A DNA stretch of 64,000 bases. Source: a virus. Position 1 is the stretch's first letter. Each line of letters starts with the position of its first letter. The stretch lies in the IMG/VR virus record IMGVR_UViG_3300002835_000017; one strand, written 5' to 3'. The notes under the pieces are model-generated. The model made no database searches. It saw only the letters and a program-made list of their open reading frames with translations, and was not told where the DNA came from. Of this stretch, positions 30,701-40,354 are shown one piece after another. Both the position numbers and the translations under genes were made by a program.

Positions 30701-32750
30701 ATAAATAAGTAGAACCAGACGAGTATTCGATATTTAATTCATCCGTAGTTATTAACGATGAACTTAAATATAGTGATACTAACTCATTAGAAGATGTGGA
30801 ACCACTTAATATTATATTATCTAATGATTCGTAATTAGTAGATTGTCCTTTTACAAAGTCTACATCAATTGTAAAATTTGGTCCTTTTATTGGTGGACAA
30901 CTTACATCATTATTTTCTGTTAATACAACCGTTTCAATTAAAGGATTACTCATTAATTTTGTAATCCAGAATGTTGAATTATTCTGTATATTAGCAGGTA
31001 ATGGTGAATATAGTTTTAATATAATTGAATTAACAACATCATTTGGAGCAACAAATGTATTACCTAAATTATCTGTAGACTTTTTAGATAATGTAAAATC
31101 ATCAGTTTCCCAAGATGAAATTATAATTTGCTCATCGTTTCCAAAATTAGCAAGGTGTGTTAGATACTTACTTTCTTTTGAAGGTTCATCGATTTTTAAT
31201 TTTTCAGAAAAAGCATTAAATAAAGCGTTAGTAATTATATCTTCATTTAATGAAAGTGTTGGTAGTGTTAATTTTGTCAACACTTCGTATTCATTACCAA
31301 TTAACTCCTCTGCTCCACTTCGATTATATGGTTTTAGTATTAATGTTATATTAGTACTACCAACCCAGTTAGGATAATTTTCTCTTAATTTTTTAAGATT
31401 AATTTTTATAGAACCGTTTGGTGGTTGATTACTTAATAATCCAATTTTACTACCATCTTTTTGTTTTAACCAAACATCAACTGATGAAACTGCAAAAGAG
31501 GAATATGAAACTTCATAATCAATATTATAATCAGAAAACGATGGTACATCGATTGATTCTGCATATATGACTTCCGTAATAGCAGGGAAATCATTTATAG
31601 CAGTAAATGTTAAAATCACCTCAACTCTAGTTCCTGTTCCAAATTTTTTACTGGTTGGAACAAAAAATATTTTTTTAGAACCGTAAACCTCATTAAAATC
31701 TTTTTGAAAGAATATAGTTACTTCTTTGTCACTAGCTGGAATTTCTAAAACTTTATCAGCCGAAAGATATACTAAAACGGAATCTGCGAATTCAGTATTA
31801 AATGGAATTACTATACTTTTTTCTGTATCCGAATCTTTTACATTAACATTATATTGTATTTGATTTAATACTACTGTAGGTGATTCGGATTTAATTTCTC
31901 TTTCAGCTTCAATTACAACACCTAAACCTGAATTTAATAATGATGCTGGTACTCTAAATGCATAATTTTGTTTTGTTAACCTATCGTAGTTAACAGAATC
32001 TGAACCAAATTGTTGAGCAATTCCAGAATATATGTTTTTGATAAAAATACCATCTGGTACATTACCTTTAATTTCAAAGTTAACAAACCCCCCATCTAAA
32101 ATATTTTTGGGTATTGTAGAAATTCTGTTATCATATAATTGCAATTCTCCATCTACAACTATATTATCTTCAAATACAATTTGATATTTTAAACTTAAAG
32201 TAGTTAATTCCTTTATATTAGAATTAAACAAAACTTCATAACCAACCATTGGATTATCAACGGTTACCACGTCTGCAGGTGGTGTTGGAAGTGTTTGAGT
32301 TCGTTGTAATACCTCTGTTTTAAATCTTAAAGTTATTGTTCCGAAATTGAAGTTTTGGGTTTGTTGTTCTTCCCATACATCATCTATTAATGAATATTCT
32401 GTAACACCGATTCCCTCAACTATTTCATTCGCAAATTGTAGTTGTTTAGTATTAATTATAAATTTTGATAATACTTTTCCATTATCTAAATTTGCAGTAT
32501 AAGTTTTAGGACCATTAAATTGTAAAGATGAATTATATACAATATCAACGGATTTACCATATCCAGCAGATACACCTTCTTCAAAAAATTCTAAATCATT
32601 AGTTTCACTTACTAAATAAATTTTTAACGAAGATGGTGGGTTAGTTGGTCTATACGTGGGGGCATTGTAAGGACCAGTTTGACCTGTATTCCTAGTACTT
32701 CCGTTATTATTAAAATCCGGATAAGCGTAAAGGCTTTCTTGTTCTGCCAT
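27774..32750 (-). CDS. Large baseplate wedge-like structural protein with LamG-like domain
   Basis: YLLKHKGTRRGIHALMACYG (wedge/gpI-like), GSVDEFRLW (LamG-like), LKKMLPAR..TGLLIEP; TATTTATA at 32768-32775. Confidence 0.65.
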   Translation of the reverse strand: MAEQESLYAYPDFNNNGSTRNTGQTGPYNAPTYRPTNPPSSLKIYLVSETNDLEFFEEGVSAGYGKSVDIVYNSSLQFNGPKTYTANLDNGKVLSKFIINTKQLQFANEIVEGIGVTEYSLIDDVWEEQQTQNFNFGTITLRFKTEVLQRTQTLPTPPADVVTVDNPMVGYEVLFNSNIKELTTLSLKYQIVFEDNIVVDGELQLYDNRISTIPKNILDGGFVNFEIKGNVPDGIFIKNIYSGIAQQFGSDSVNYDRLTKQNYAFRVPASLLNSGLGVVIEAEREIKSESPTVVLNQIQYNVNVKDSDTEKSIVIPFNTEFADSVLVYLSADKVLEIPASDKEVTIFFQKDFNEVYGSKKIFFVPTSKKFGTGTRVEVILTFTAINDFPAITEVIYAESIDVPSFSDYNIDYEVSYSSFAVSSVDVWLKQKDGSKIGLLSNQPPNGSIKINLKKLRENYPNWVGSTNITLILKPYNRSGAEELIGNEYEVLTKLTLPTLSLNEDIITNALFNAFSEKLKIDEPSKESKYLTHLANFGNDEQIIISSWETDDFTLSKKSTDNLGNTFVAPNDVVNSIILKLYSPLPANIQNNSTFWITKLMSNPLIETVVLTENNDVSCPPIKGPNFTIDVDFVKGQSTNYESLDNIILSGSTSSNELVSLYLSSSLITTDELNIEYSSGSTYLWENFVHFSSANERIDNFVYKIQLIELYETALSAANASQAHSGSLPSIQEAERQQLKKNQLINGFDGFEKFLYTSSSLSWPYNGANRRLSTSNEVKNWYNNIEELANIYDANNSNYVLNNIPQFIVNNDENESLLLFFSMIGHHFDNIYFHTKSIEKSRGLGYKAKDGISDKLLFDTLKSFSWDAKNLAADADLWSYVFGKDKEGNDKESNPAKQRTNEVWRRIVNNLPYLLKHKGTRRGIHALMACYGIPSSNLSILEFGGPEINDTSKSKLVIDNITTGLNMALTSSIQMEWKQTNNTSSLKPNTIELFVKPLESSQYTLISGSGWNVNLSGSTNSDYGKVKFNYSGSLSIETSTLPIFNGKFFGISVSSGSAGLKLDVRQADKERTIFQESISSSNYTNWNNGSTIRLGGNYIGSVDEFRLWSEVLDTERFYEHVSFPEMINGNSVSSSTDDLYFRLDFEYPKNLAQTSSLINVDTNIYFENGLTRNDYENGTTASLYSVNTTPLLSASAFNFPSISEYPFQFEVIDRTIVMDYPDGGASRFSTNKVRFEDQYTLTNQKISGSVGVDLSSKSRATKKAFDQSPTDSNRVGLFFSPTKELNMDIAKTFGGLNIDNYIGDPSDDYKPNYKSLDNLRNYYFQRFDNRDIYAYINLIKLYEKSMFEDLKKMLPARVKATTGLLIEPHFLERSKVVHKKPTADDYQKETEIKLSDTSVISFENIQKETLIDANLSENLTVENNQYEALISTASVNNLLAENYQQDSTIDMNSNFVFNSDYYQKEITIDADLGTPTIVTEIDIINSNQVIGQTEFETIGFGIYAQNGSAIRTYFNKDNRVVKERIKVQLVTEEKERIIQKFAITASANGLGDPRGGYVSDIQTYTETRLNIQPFGAPNSPTVGGNVIEVTNVNGYLPTHNKFTSDLTRGLQNSFFKGSKNTAATTLDGSSPIETFISNPNTLKVNKTGRDSSEPILEVE

Positions 32751-32788
32751 TATTTGTTTTTATTTTATATAAATACTTTAATATTATT

Positions 32789-34090
32789 TTATTTGATTGC
32801 ACCTCTTGGTCTCGGTGTAGGAGAAATTCCAGGATTAAATTGTCCAGTTTGTCCTCTAGTATCTTCAACTAAACCTGTTTCAGATGGTATAGTTTGTTCA
32901 CCAGTTCCTCCTCCTGTTGAAGTTGGAGTAGTATCCGTTGGTGGATTATATTCTGGTACTGTTACAGGAGCCTTCTCTTCTACTACAGGTATTTTTGGAG
33001 GAGGTTGTAATGCAGGTGGTTGTGGTGGTATAACTTCAACTGGAGTAGGTGGAGTTACATTTGGAATACCTTCAAATGATACTGCCACTAATTCTGGAGA
33101 ATACACATTTCTTACAATTTCTACTTTAGTATCGTACGCTTGAACTAAATTTTCAATCTGTTTTTTAACTTCCTCTACCCCAAATTCAACAGGTAACTTT
33201 TCATATTTTACAACTCTTCTATTTAATGTTTTTATATTAAATGTTATAGAATTATTTAAAATGTTTTTTATTTCATTTAATAAATAATTAAAATCATATT
33301 GGTCACAATCATCAAATCTTTTTTCAGATGGAGACCCGAATGTGGATTGAGCAATATCATAGTTTTTATTGTTTAACCAATATACAACACTATCTCTAAA
33401 ATCTGTAAATATTTTAGTCTTAAATGCATTAAAATTACTTAATCCAAAATCTTTTTTAAGAACTGATTGAAAATCATTTCCAAATTTTGCTACCAATGCA
33501 TCATCTATAGATTGTAAAGATGTTCTTTCAAACGCATCCAACCCATCTAATATATTTTTTTTATAATATTTAAAATCTCTATTTAGATTGTTTAAGTTTA
33601 AAAATTGTTTAGTATTAGTTGCGTTTATTTCAGAACTATTGGTTTTTAATGGTATAATACGAACCTCTTCTCTTGATGGAGATATTTCATGTATCCAAAC
33701 TCTTTCTAATTCATTTTCACTACCAACTCTACTACGAACGAAATTAATATTAACTTTAAGAATACCGTTTGTAAACCCTAAATCATTTAATAATTTTTCA
33801 ATATTAATAGCAAGTTCTTTTTTCCCCAATGTATTAGTAAGTGAATACATATATGAACCTATGCTATTTTTTTTTATGTATGCAACATTTTTTCCTGATT
33901 TTTGGGGTAAAAGTATATTATTAATATCGTATACAGATACTTCCATCACATCATACTTACACTCACCAAATTCGGTTTCTTGTTTTTCGTTTTTTGTAAC
34001 AATAAACAAATCTTCTGCAAGGAGAAACTGCCCTTCATTGGTTGAATTTGAATTTATGCTATCAAAATTTGTATATTTTCTAATACTCAT
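32789..34090 (-). CDS. Hypothetical virion protein with Pro-rich C-terminal tail
   Basis: IHEISPSREEVRI; tail PPTPVEVIPPQPPALQPPPK; lies in the structural operon. Confidence 0.55.
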   Translation of the reverse strand: MSIRKYTNFDSINSNSTNEGQFLLAEDLFIVTKNEKQETEFGECKYDVMEVSVYDINNILLPQKSGKNVAYIKKNSIGSYMYSLTNTLGKKELAINIEKLLNDLGFTNGILKVNINFVRSRVGSENELERVWIHEISPSREEVRIIPLKTNSSEINATNTKQFLNLNNLNRDFKYYKKNILDGLDAFERTSLQSIDDALVAKFGNDFQSVLKKDFGLSNFNAFKTKIFTDFRDSVVYWLNNKNYDIAQSTFGSPSEKRFDDCDQYDFNYLLNEIKNILNNSITFNIKTLNRRVVKYEKLPVEFGVEEVKKQIENLVQAYDTKVEIVRNVYSPELVAVSFEGIPNVTPPTPVEVIPPQPPALQPPPKIPVVEEKAPVTVPEYNPPTDTTPTSTGGGTGEQTIPSETGLVEDTRGQTGQFNPGISPTPRPRGAIK

Positions 34091-34101
34091 AGTTTAATAT
34101 A

Positions 34102-35253
34102 TTAATATGAACCTGGATTTGCTTTTACAATATTACATGGATATTCTTTAAATTCAGTTGTACCATCTTTTTTAGTTGCAATAACTTTTATAGTTCCTTT
34201 ATATTCCGTTGTATTACCCCATCCCCATGGCCATTTTTCTTCTGATTCAGCCCTTTTTGGTACTGCGTTTGCATTTATTTTAAAGTCAATAGTTTCATTT
34301 CCACCACCAGCTAAATCAAAATTATTCTTCGGCACGGTTACCCAATTCCAATTATTGGCTAATTTAAGTTGAAATGTTATATTTACAGGTTGAGTATCGT
34401 TGTTTGTTATAGCCAACTGACCACCTGCCTCCCATTTGGTTGAGTTATAATCCTTCGCATTAATTTTACCAGCCAATCCTTTTGTTATATCGGTTCTAGT
34501 TGTTGCACCTGACCACTTAATGATTGTGGTTTTAACTAAAATATCACCACCACTTGCTAACGCAGTATTAGATGCCGATTGTTGAATAGCCTGTTGTTGT
34601 TGAACTGCGCCTAATTGAGATTGTAAACCTTCTATAATTGAATTTAATGAATCAATCTGTTTAATCAATGCTTCAATTTGTGCTTTAAATCCTGCGTTTT
34701 GAGATTGTAAAGATGCTCTTAAAATAGATTCATCTACTGATTTTTGCACTGCAGATTGTATCTGTGTTGCAAATTGCTCAATCACTTTTGATAACGCATC
34801 CAGTTGATTAGCCAATACATCATTGGTTTGCTCTATTGATAATCGTTTATTAGTTTCAGATAGTACTTTAGATGTTAACGTATTGATTTCAGAATTTAAA
34901 ACTTCAATATCTGTTGTTAATTTTTCGACTTGTTTTCTTAAATCTCTATTAGCAACAACCTCATCATCATATAGTGGTTTAGGTACTAAATTAAGGTTTA
35001 CTTCAGGAATATTTGGCTTTAATTCCTTAACTTCAGTATCAATTGCTTTTAAAAGTTCAACATTATCTAGTTTGGATATAACTAAAGGTTTAAACACTAA
35101 AGATGATGCTACATTATCTTCATTAACTACGGTTACACCATATTCATTTTTAGAAACTGCGGCAGAACCTGATACTTTTAGAATATTTTCTAAATCAGTA
35201 TTTCTTTTTTCTTCCAATTTTAATGCAATTGCTTCTAATGATGTTAATGCCAT
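34102..35253 (-). CDS. Coiled-coil structural protein with C-terminal Ig-like domain
   Basis: Long heptad region followed by a beta-rich ITNNDTQPVNITF..W domain. Confidence 0.55.
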   Translation of the reverse strand: MALTSLEAIALKLEEKRNTDLENILKVSGSAAVSKNEYGVTVVNEDNVASSLVFKPLVISKLDNVELLKAIDTEVKELKPNIPEVNLNLVPKPLYDDEVVANRDLRKQVEKLTTDIEVLNSEINTLTSKVLSETNKRLSIEQTNDVLANQLDALSKVIEQFATQIQSAVQKSVDESILRASLQSQNAGFKAQIEALIKQIDSLNSIIEGLQSQLGAVQQQQAIQQSASNTALASGGDILVKTTIIKWSGATTRTDITKGLAGKINAKDYNSTKWEAGGQLAITNNDTQPVNITFQLKLANNWNWVTVPKNNFDLAGGGNETIDFKINANAVPKRAESEEKWPWGWGNTTEYKGTIKVIATKKDGTTEFKEYPCNIVKANPGSY

Positions 35254-35255
35254 TA

Positions 35256-36317
35256 TTATACTATTTGAAATGTTAATTTATCATCAATTATAGTAGATAT
35301 TTCACCATCAATTATTTTTAATTTTAATCTATATGTTCTATACAATGGTAGTGTATTTAAATCTAAAATAAAATAATTGGATGTATTATCACATGAAATT
35401 TTAGTATATTCTCCAAATGGATATATAACATCATCTGTTACATAATCTTCCAATTGATAATATGATGTTGTAGGTAAATATTTTGATTGGTCATATTCAA
35501 ATGTTGTTGAAAATGACTTTAAAGGAAACATATCTCTACCTTTAATTCTAATTTTTATCTTACTATCTTTACTATATTCCGTTTTTAAATTGGTAATAAT
35601 TACTTTATAATCATCTTGAGCAGAACCAGTAACTGGTAATAAACTGCCTGTTACAAATGATACATCATTCCAAACTACTTCTAATTTTGGCTCATATATA
35701 GTAGTAGTTTCTTTAGAAAAGAATTTCAATACACCATAATCTAATGCATTTTCTTCGTTTTCTAATCCATGATGTACAATAAATCCATTATTTGGTATAG
35801 AACCACTTAACCAGCTATTAACTATACCTGTCACATTAATTCTGATATCAGCATCTTCATAGTTATAAGATTGAGATGCTTGAGATGCAGTATACCACGT
35901 TCCCCCTTCCGCGTTTGCAGAACCAGTTGTTCCTGGCGTAAATACCGCAGTTCCTGCAGTAACATTATCTTGCCAAGTATCAACACCATTTCGGTATTTC
36001 CAACTTACACCATCCGATGTAATATTATCAAATTTAGTACCCGTTCCCATTGTCCAACTTTGCGAAACTGCGTTCGCGTGTATTGTATATTCTAAAGGAA
36101 TTTCTTCTGCTTGAGAAGATTTTAGATTTAAATAAACAATAGAACCACTTGGGATTCCCATATTAGCTACATCAAATTTTATTAAGGTTCTAGCTATATC
36201 TTTAGCGGAACCATAATATAATTTACCAACCTCTAATATCTCATCTCTACCTGCATTTTGGTCTGGTTGTTGTAAGTAGATACTGGCATCGAACGATGAT
36301 GTGAATAATTTATGCAT
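35256..36317 (-). CDS. DNRLRE/disaggregatase-like virion protein
   Basis: DASIY..N.G..LEVG..RTLIKFD..W..W..NNGF..FFSKE..PKLEV pattern. Confidence 0.65.
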   Translation of the reverse strand: MHKLFTSSFDASIYLQQPDQNAGRDEILEVGKLYYGSAKDIARTLIKFDVANMGIPSGSIVYLNLKSSQAEEIPLEYTIHANAVSQSWTMGTGTKFDNITSDGVSWKYRNGVDTWQDNVTAGTAVFTPGTTGSANAEGGTWYTASQASQSYNYEDADIRINVTGIVNSWLSGSIPNNGFIVHHGLENEENALDYGVLKFFSKETTTIYEPKLEVVWNDVSFVTGSLLPVTGSAQDDYKVIITNLKTEYSKDSKIKIRIKGRDMFPLKSFSTTFEYDQSKYLPTTSYYQLEDYVTDDVIYPFGEYTKISCDNTSNYFILDLNTLPLYRTYRLKLKIIDGEISTIIDDKLTFQIV

Positions 36318-36318
36318 A

Positions 36319-38349
36319 TTATAAAGCTCTTCCTTTTATATCTTTGTTAGGGTATTTTACTTCGAAAATGCAAGGGTCTAAAGATGGATATACTATCTTA
36401 CCTCGAGTTGCTTCATCGATGTTGTATTTATTTGGTGAATAATTTCCATCTCCACCACATAAATTTGATATCTTTACGGATGGTACACTCATTACTCCTT
36501 CCACGTTTGCAAGTATTAACTCTAATTCAGAAATGTTTATTGGTTTATTAAATGTCCAATTATCAATGTTAAAATAATCTTGCACTTTAACTAAACAATT
36601 GGTAACAACTTCTCTTTTATTGTAGTTTGAATAACATATTACATCAAAGTCAACACCTATATTTACAACAAATCCATCAATCATATTCACCGCATCTGTA
36701 ATCATTCGATACTCTCCTAAATATGTTTTTAGGTTCTGTTTAACTGCCTGATTTATTGGAGTTAAATGTTTATTAACATCATACCCTAAAACATACATAT
36801 TAATTGCAAATGGGTTATTTACTTCATTTAATGATGATTTTTTAGTTGAAAGATACTTAATCAATTCACCTTGGATGTCCGATTTACTCATACCTTTAAA
36901 TCCATCTACTAAATTAGTAAATTCTGCAATAGATGCCGGACTAGATAAAATTGAAGCAGGTGAATTATTATCTATCTCTCCATCTTGAGATACATATACT
37001 TTCGCAACTGAACCATATCTTTCTGGTAGTGATAATGCCCTTACTATATAATCCTGTTTAGTTACTGCTCTGTTTTGTGAACCAAATGTTGCTAAAGCAT
37101 TTTGTCTAATTTCTTCAATAGATTCGGCTCCTCTACCACCTATTGCAGGTTCTAAATTTTCTACTGCAATCGATGATTTAAATGAATTATACATTCCAAC
37201 AATTCCAGTTGGTATGGCCAATAAATCATCATCAAATTCAATTTTTTGAATTTTCGTTAAATCACCAACATTCACATTTGATGCAATTCCACCACCTGTT
37301 AAATATTTTATAGTTAATACTTGTCCAGCAGGAGCTATACCAAATGTATTTGTTTTTAAAAAATTGGATGGGTCAATTCCTTGATTTAATCTATTAATAG
37401 AATTTGCCAAACCTAATCCTATATTTTTTGTATTAGGTAAAATTTGCTCATCTCTTAAATTAACATCACCACTACCAAATTGTATTTCGGTTGTATTATC
37501 TGAATTAATTTTTACAGAAAATCTACGAGGTACTTTTTGTACTTCTAAAATATATGGTACTGAACCAGAATAATATGATAATTCATTCACATTAGGTTGT
37601 TCTACAAATATACTTTCTTGAGCCAAATATGGAACTTCGTAATATTTGTTATTATTAGAATCTGCTATTGATACTATTTGTATAATGTTAGTTTCGGATA
37701 ATTGGATAGTTGGATAATCCGTATCACTACCCAATGTAATACCAGTAGTATTTTCTCTAGCTGATATGGCTTTAATTTTTTTAGATACTAAATATTGAGT
37801 AGGAGTACCTGTTATAGCATCCCTTTCATATACTTCAATTGTCCTATCAGTTGGGTTTGCAAAATCAATTGCATCAGTTGTTATAAACGATACATTACTA
37901 TTTGTGGATGATTGTACCTCAAATCCAGCTTTTATTTTAAAGTAGAATCTAGAATCAGCTTCATAATTTGTACCACTGTTATTTTGTGCATTATACACCG
38001 ATGGTATTAATTGATAAACGGTTAATGTAGTTATAGCAGGTGAAGTTACTTTGGGCTTATACCCCATAGATTGTGCCAATGATACCACATTTTTACGTTC
38101 CGTAGCGTGTGATAACATTGATTCTTTTAATTGAGTATCTTGGTAAAATGAAAGAACATCTCCAATTGCTGCAGCTTGTTCAATAAACACCATACCAGGT
38201 GATGCTTCATTAAAATCTGAATATGTATTTGGGAAATAGGTTTTAGTAAAATCTATCAAATTTTGCTTAAACGTAGCAAAATCTTTACCAATGTAATTGA
38301 TGTTTTTTGTATCACTACCCCAACTTGTATTTGATGGATTAATTGCCAT
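36319..38349 (-). CDS. Baseplate wedge protein (T4 gp6 / baseplate J-like)
   Basis: KDFATFKQNLI..YSDFNEASPG..GDVLSFYQD; GG..AESIEEIRQNA..QNRAVTKQDY. Confidence 0.9.
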   Translation of the reverse strand: MAINPSNTSWGSDTKNINYIGKDFATFKQNLIDFTKTYFPNTYSDFNEASPGMVFIEQAAAIGDVLSFYQDTQLKESMLSHATERKNVVSLAQSMGYKPKVTSPAITTLTVYQLIPSVYNAQNNSGTNYEADSRFYFKIKAGFEVQSSTNSNVSFITTDAIDFANPTDRTIEVYERDAITGTPTQYLVSKKIKAISARENTTGITLGSDTDYPTIQLSETNIIQIVSIADSNNNKYYEVPYLAQESIFVEQPNVNELSYYSGSVPYILEVQKVPRRFSVKINSDNTTEIQFGSGDVNLRDEQILPNTKNIGLGLANSINRLNQGIDPSNFLKTNTFGIAPAGQVLTIKYLTGGGIASNVNVGDLTKIQKIEFDDDLLAIPTGIVGMYNSFKSSIAVENLEPAIGGRGAESIEEIRQNALATFGSQNRAVTKQDYIVRALSLPERYGSVAKVYVSQDGEIDNNSPASILSSPASIAEFTNLVDGFKGMSKSDIQGELIKYLSTKKSSLNEVNNPFAINMYVLGYDVNKHLTPINQAVKQNLKTYLGEYRMITDAVNMIDGFVVNIGVDFDVICYSNYNKREVVTNCLVKVQDYFNIDNWTFNKPINISELELILANVEGVMSVPSVKISNLCGGDGNYSPNKYNIDEATRGKIVYPSLDPCIFEVKYPNKDIKGRAL

Positions 38350-38351
38350 TA

Positions 38352-38789
38352 CTAATTATTTATATTTATTTGTACTGATTCTGTTAAATTTGGATTTGAT
38401 GCTAACGCAAATTGAATGTCTAACGATATTCTGTTTGTATCAATATCATTATCATCGTAATCAAATACTATTGAAGTTAAACTTAAATATGGTAACCAAG
38501 TATCAACTGCATCTACAATAGATGTTTCAATTCTTGATTCAATTGTAGCACCATCCATCTGTTCAAATAACACCAACCAAACATCACACCCAAATTCAGG
38601 ATTCATTAATCTTTCTCCCTTTTTTGTTAGTATTAGGTTTTTTAAATTATCTTTTGCTTGAGTTAGAGTAGTGTAGTTTGTAGAAAATACGCCATTAGAA
38701 TTTGAAGATTTATTTATCCCAATTCCTAATATTTTATAATCATTTTCCGCTAAATCTGCTACTTTTACGTTACCTAACTCTATTGCCAT
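38352..38789 (-). CDS. Baseplate wedge protein gp25-like
   Basis: NLKNLILTKKGERLMNPEFGC..LFE..WLPY. Confidence 0.9.
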   Translation of the reverse strand: MAIELGNVKVADLAENDYKILGIGINKSSNSNGVFSTNYTTLTQAKDNLKNLILTKKGERLMNPEFGCDVWLVLFEQMDGATIESRIETSIVDAVDTWLPYLSLTSIVFDYDDNDIDTNRISLDIQFALASNPNLTESVQININN

Positions 38790-39316
38790 TATTTAAATCG
38801 TTTTACTAATTCTGAATAATCTCTTGTTAATGCTTTTATTGTAGCATCCTGTAATCCATCACCAGTTGATTCCAATTGTTGTGGAATGTTTTGAGGAATA
38901 TTTGATTCTCTAAAATCCATAGTTTCCCAATCACTTTCATCAACCCTTAATTCTGGTTTAATCATATCTAATACACTTCCAACTGATTGGGCTCCCTCTT
39001 TACGTTGCTCTGCTGAAAATGGTTGAGTCATATTAAGAATCTCATTAATCATCGGGTCTTTGGAAAATTCCTTTTTGATTTGAGGTTTTGGTTGAGGTTG
39101 CACTACTTTTCTACTTTGTTGTAACGCGGAAGTTGCAGCCTCAAATGGGTCTACCGATTTAATTGCTTCCTTTAGAGTAGGAGCGGTTGATTTTTTTGGT
39201 AAATTTAAAGTAACCGCACCAGATTTGATAAGTTTAGCAACTTCTTCTTTCACTTGTGCTTTTACTTCATTCTTAACCACTTCTTTAATTAGTGATAATA
39301 AAATGTCTGATTTCAT
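38789..39316 (-). CDS. Hypothetical protein
   Basis: 175 aa ORF in the structural operon; C-terminal KALTRDYSELVK. Confidence 0.6.
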   Translation of the reverse strand: MKSDILLSLIKEVVKNEVKAQVKEEVAKLIKSGAVTLNLPKKSTAPTLKEAIKSVDPFEAATSALQQSRKVVQPQPKPQIKKEFSKDPMINEILNMTQPFSAEQRKEGAQSVGSVLDMIKPELRVDESDWETMDFRESNIPQNIPQQLESTGDGLQDATIKALTRDYSELVKRFK

Positions 39317-39370
39317 AAAAATTATTGTTCTATTTGTTAATAAATATAATAAGTTAAAATTTACACCGAT

Positions 39371-40354
39371 TTATCTTGAGGCAAGTAGTGTAGATGATTC
39401 TATTAATTCGGCTTCATCACCATATATTATAGATTTTATAGCTGCTGCAATTTCTGGTTCCTGTGTTTGTTCTCCCTCTATAAATCCTTTAGCTATAGCT
39501 GCTCCAACTGCAGAAACTACGTCATTTTGATTTTCAGTTTGAGTTATTTCACTAGAAACACCGACTAACGCATCTACACCAACTATTGCTATACCACCCG
39601 CAAGTGATACCATATCCTTAAAATCTAAAGAACTCAATGGACTTCCACTAAATGGTTTAACAAAATAACCCGCCCAAGGTAATACTCCAGGTGCAGGCGG
39701 TGCTGGTGGGGGATATGTGCAATTACAGGTAAATAATCCACCTACAGTTAGCAAATGTACTGATGCGGATATTATAAAATTTAATAAAAATGGAGAAATA
39801 CTTGCCATTGGTGGTACAACAATTGGTGTCCATATTCCAGGAGATAAATTCAATCCAACATTTGTTGTTAAATTTGCAACTGCACCAATACATGGTATAT
39901 TTGGGACGGGTATTTTAGCTGATGTAGCCCCCAACCAATATGCCTGAATTGCTGGTCCGATATCCCTTAATAAATCTCCTGTTTTACTTAATGTGGTTGT
40001 ATTTAAAATTAAAAGTAAAGTTGCTTCCATTAATGAGGTATTTCCTTCAAATGGAACACCTCCTATCAATGTTTTACCACCTCTTATAGCTTTATCATAT
40101 TCTTCGGTTAAAGATTGAGCAAACGAGTAATTGTTTGCTATATTTGCCAAATCTTGTTCAGGAAAAAAATCTCCAATAACACCAGTATCTCCCAATACAG
40201 AAGTACCTCCCACAACTGAAGCTCCTACTCCTGCTATTTTAGATTTAGCAACATTTTCTGCCATTTCTAATGACATATTTAAATAAAAATCCGTCCAACT
40301 ATTTGAAATTCCTCCCTTAAAAAGTTGTTTCGCTGCATTTAAATTTATAGCCAT
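39371..40354 (-). CDS. Hypothetical baseplate-region protein
   Basis: 327 aa, directly downstream of the spike-like gene; PPPAPPAPGVLPWAGY. Confidence 0.55.
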   Translation of the reverse strand: MAINLNAAKQLFKGGISNSWTDFYLNMSLEMAENVAKSKIAGVGASVVGGTSVLGDTGVIGDFFPEQDLANIANNYSFAQSLTEEYDKAIRGGKTLIGGVPFEGNTSLMEATLLLILNTTTLSKTGDLLRDIGPAIQAYWLGATSAKIPVPNIPCIGAVANLTTNVGLNLSPGIWTPIVVPPMASISPFLLNFIISASVHLLTVGGLFTCNCTYPPPAPPAPGVLPWAGYFVKPFSGSPLSSLDFKDMVSLAGGIAIVGVDALVGVSSEITQTENQNDVVSAVGAAIAKGFIEGEQTQEPEIAAAIKSIIYGDEAELIESSTLLASR

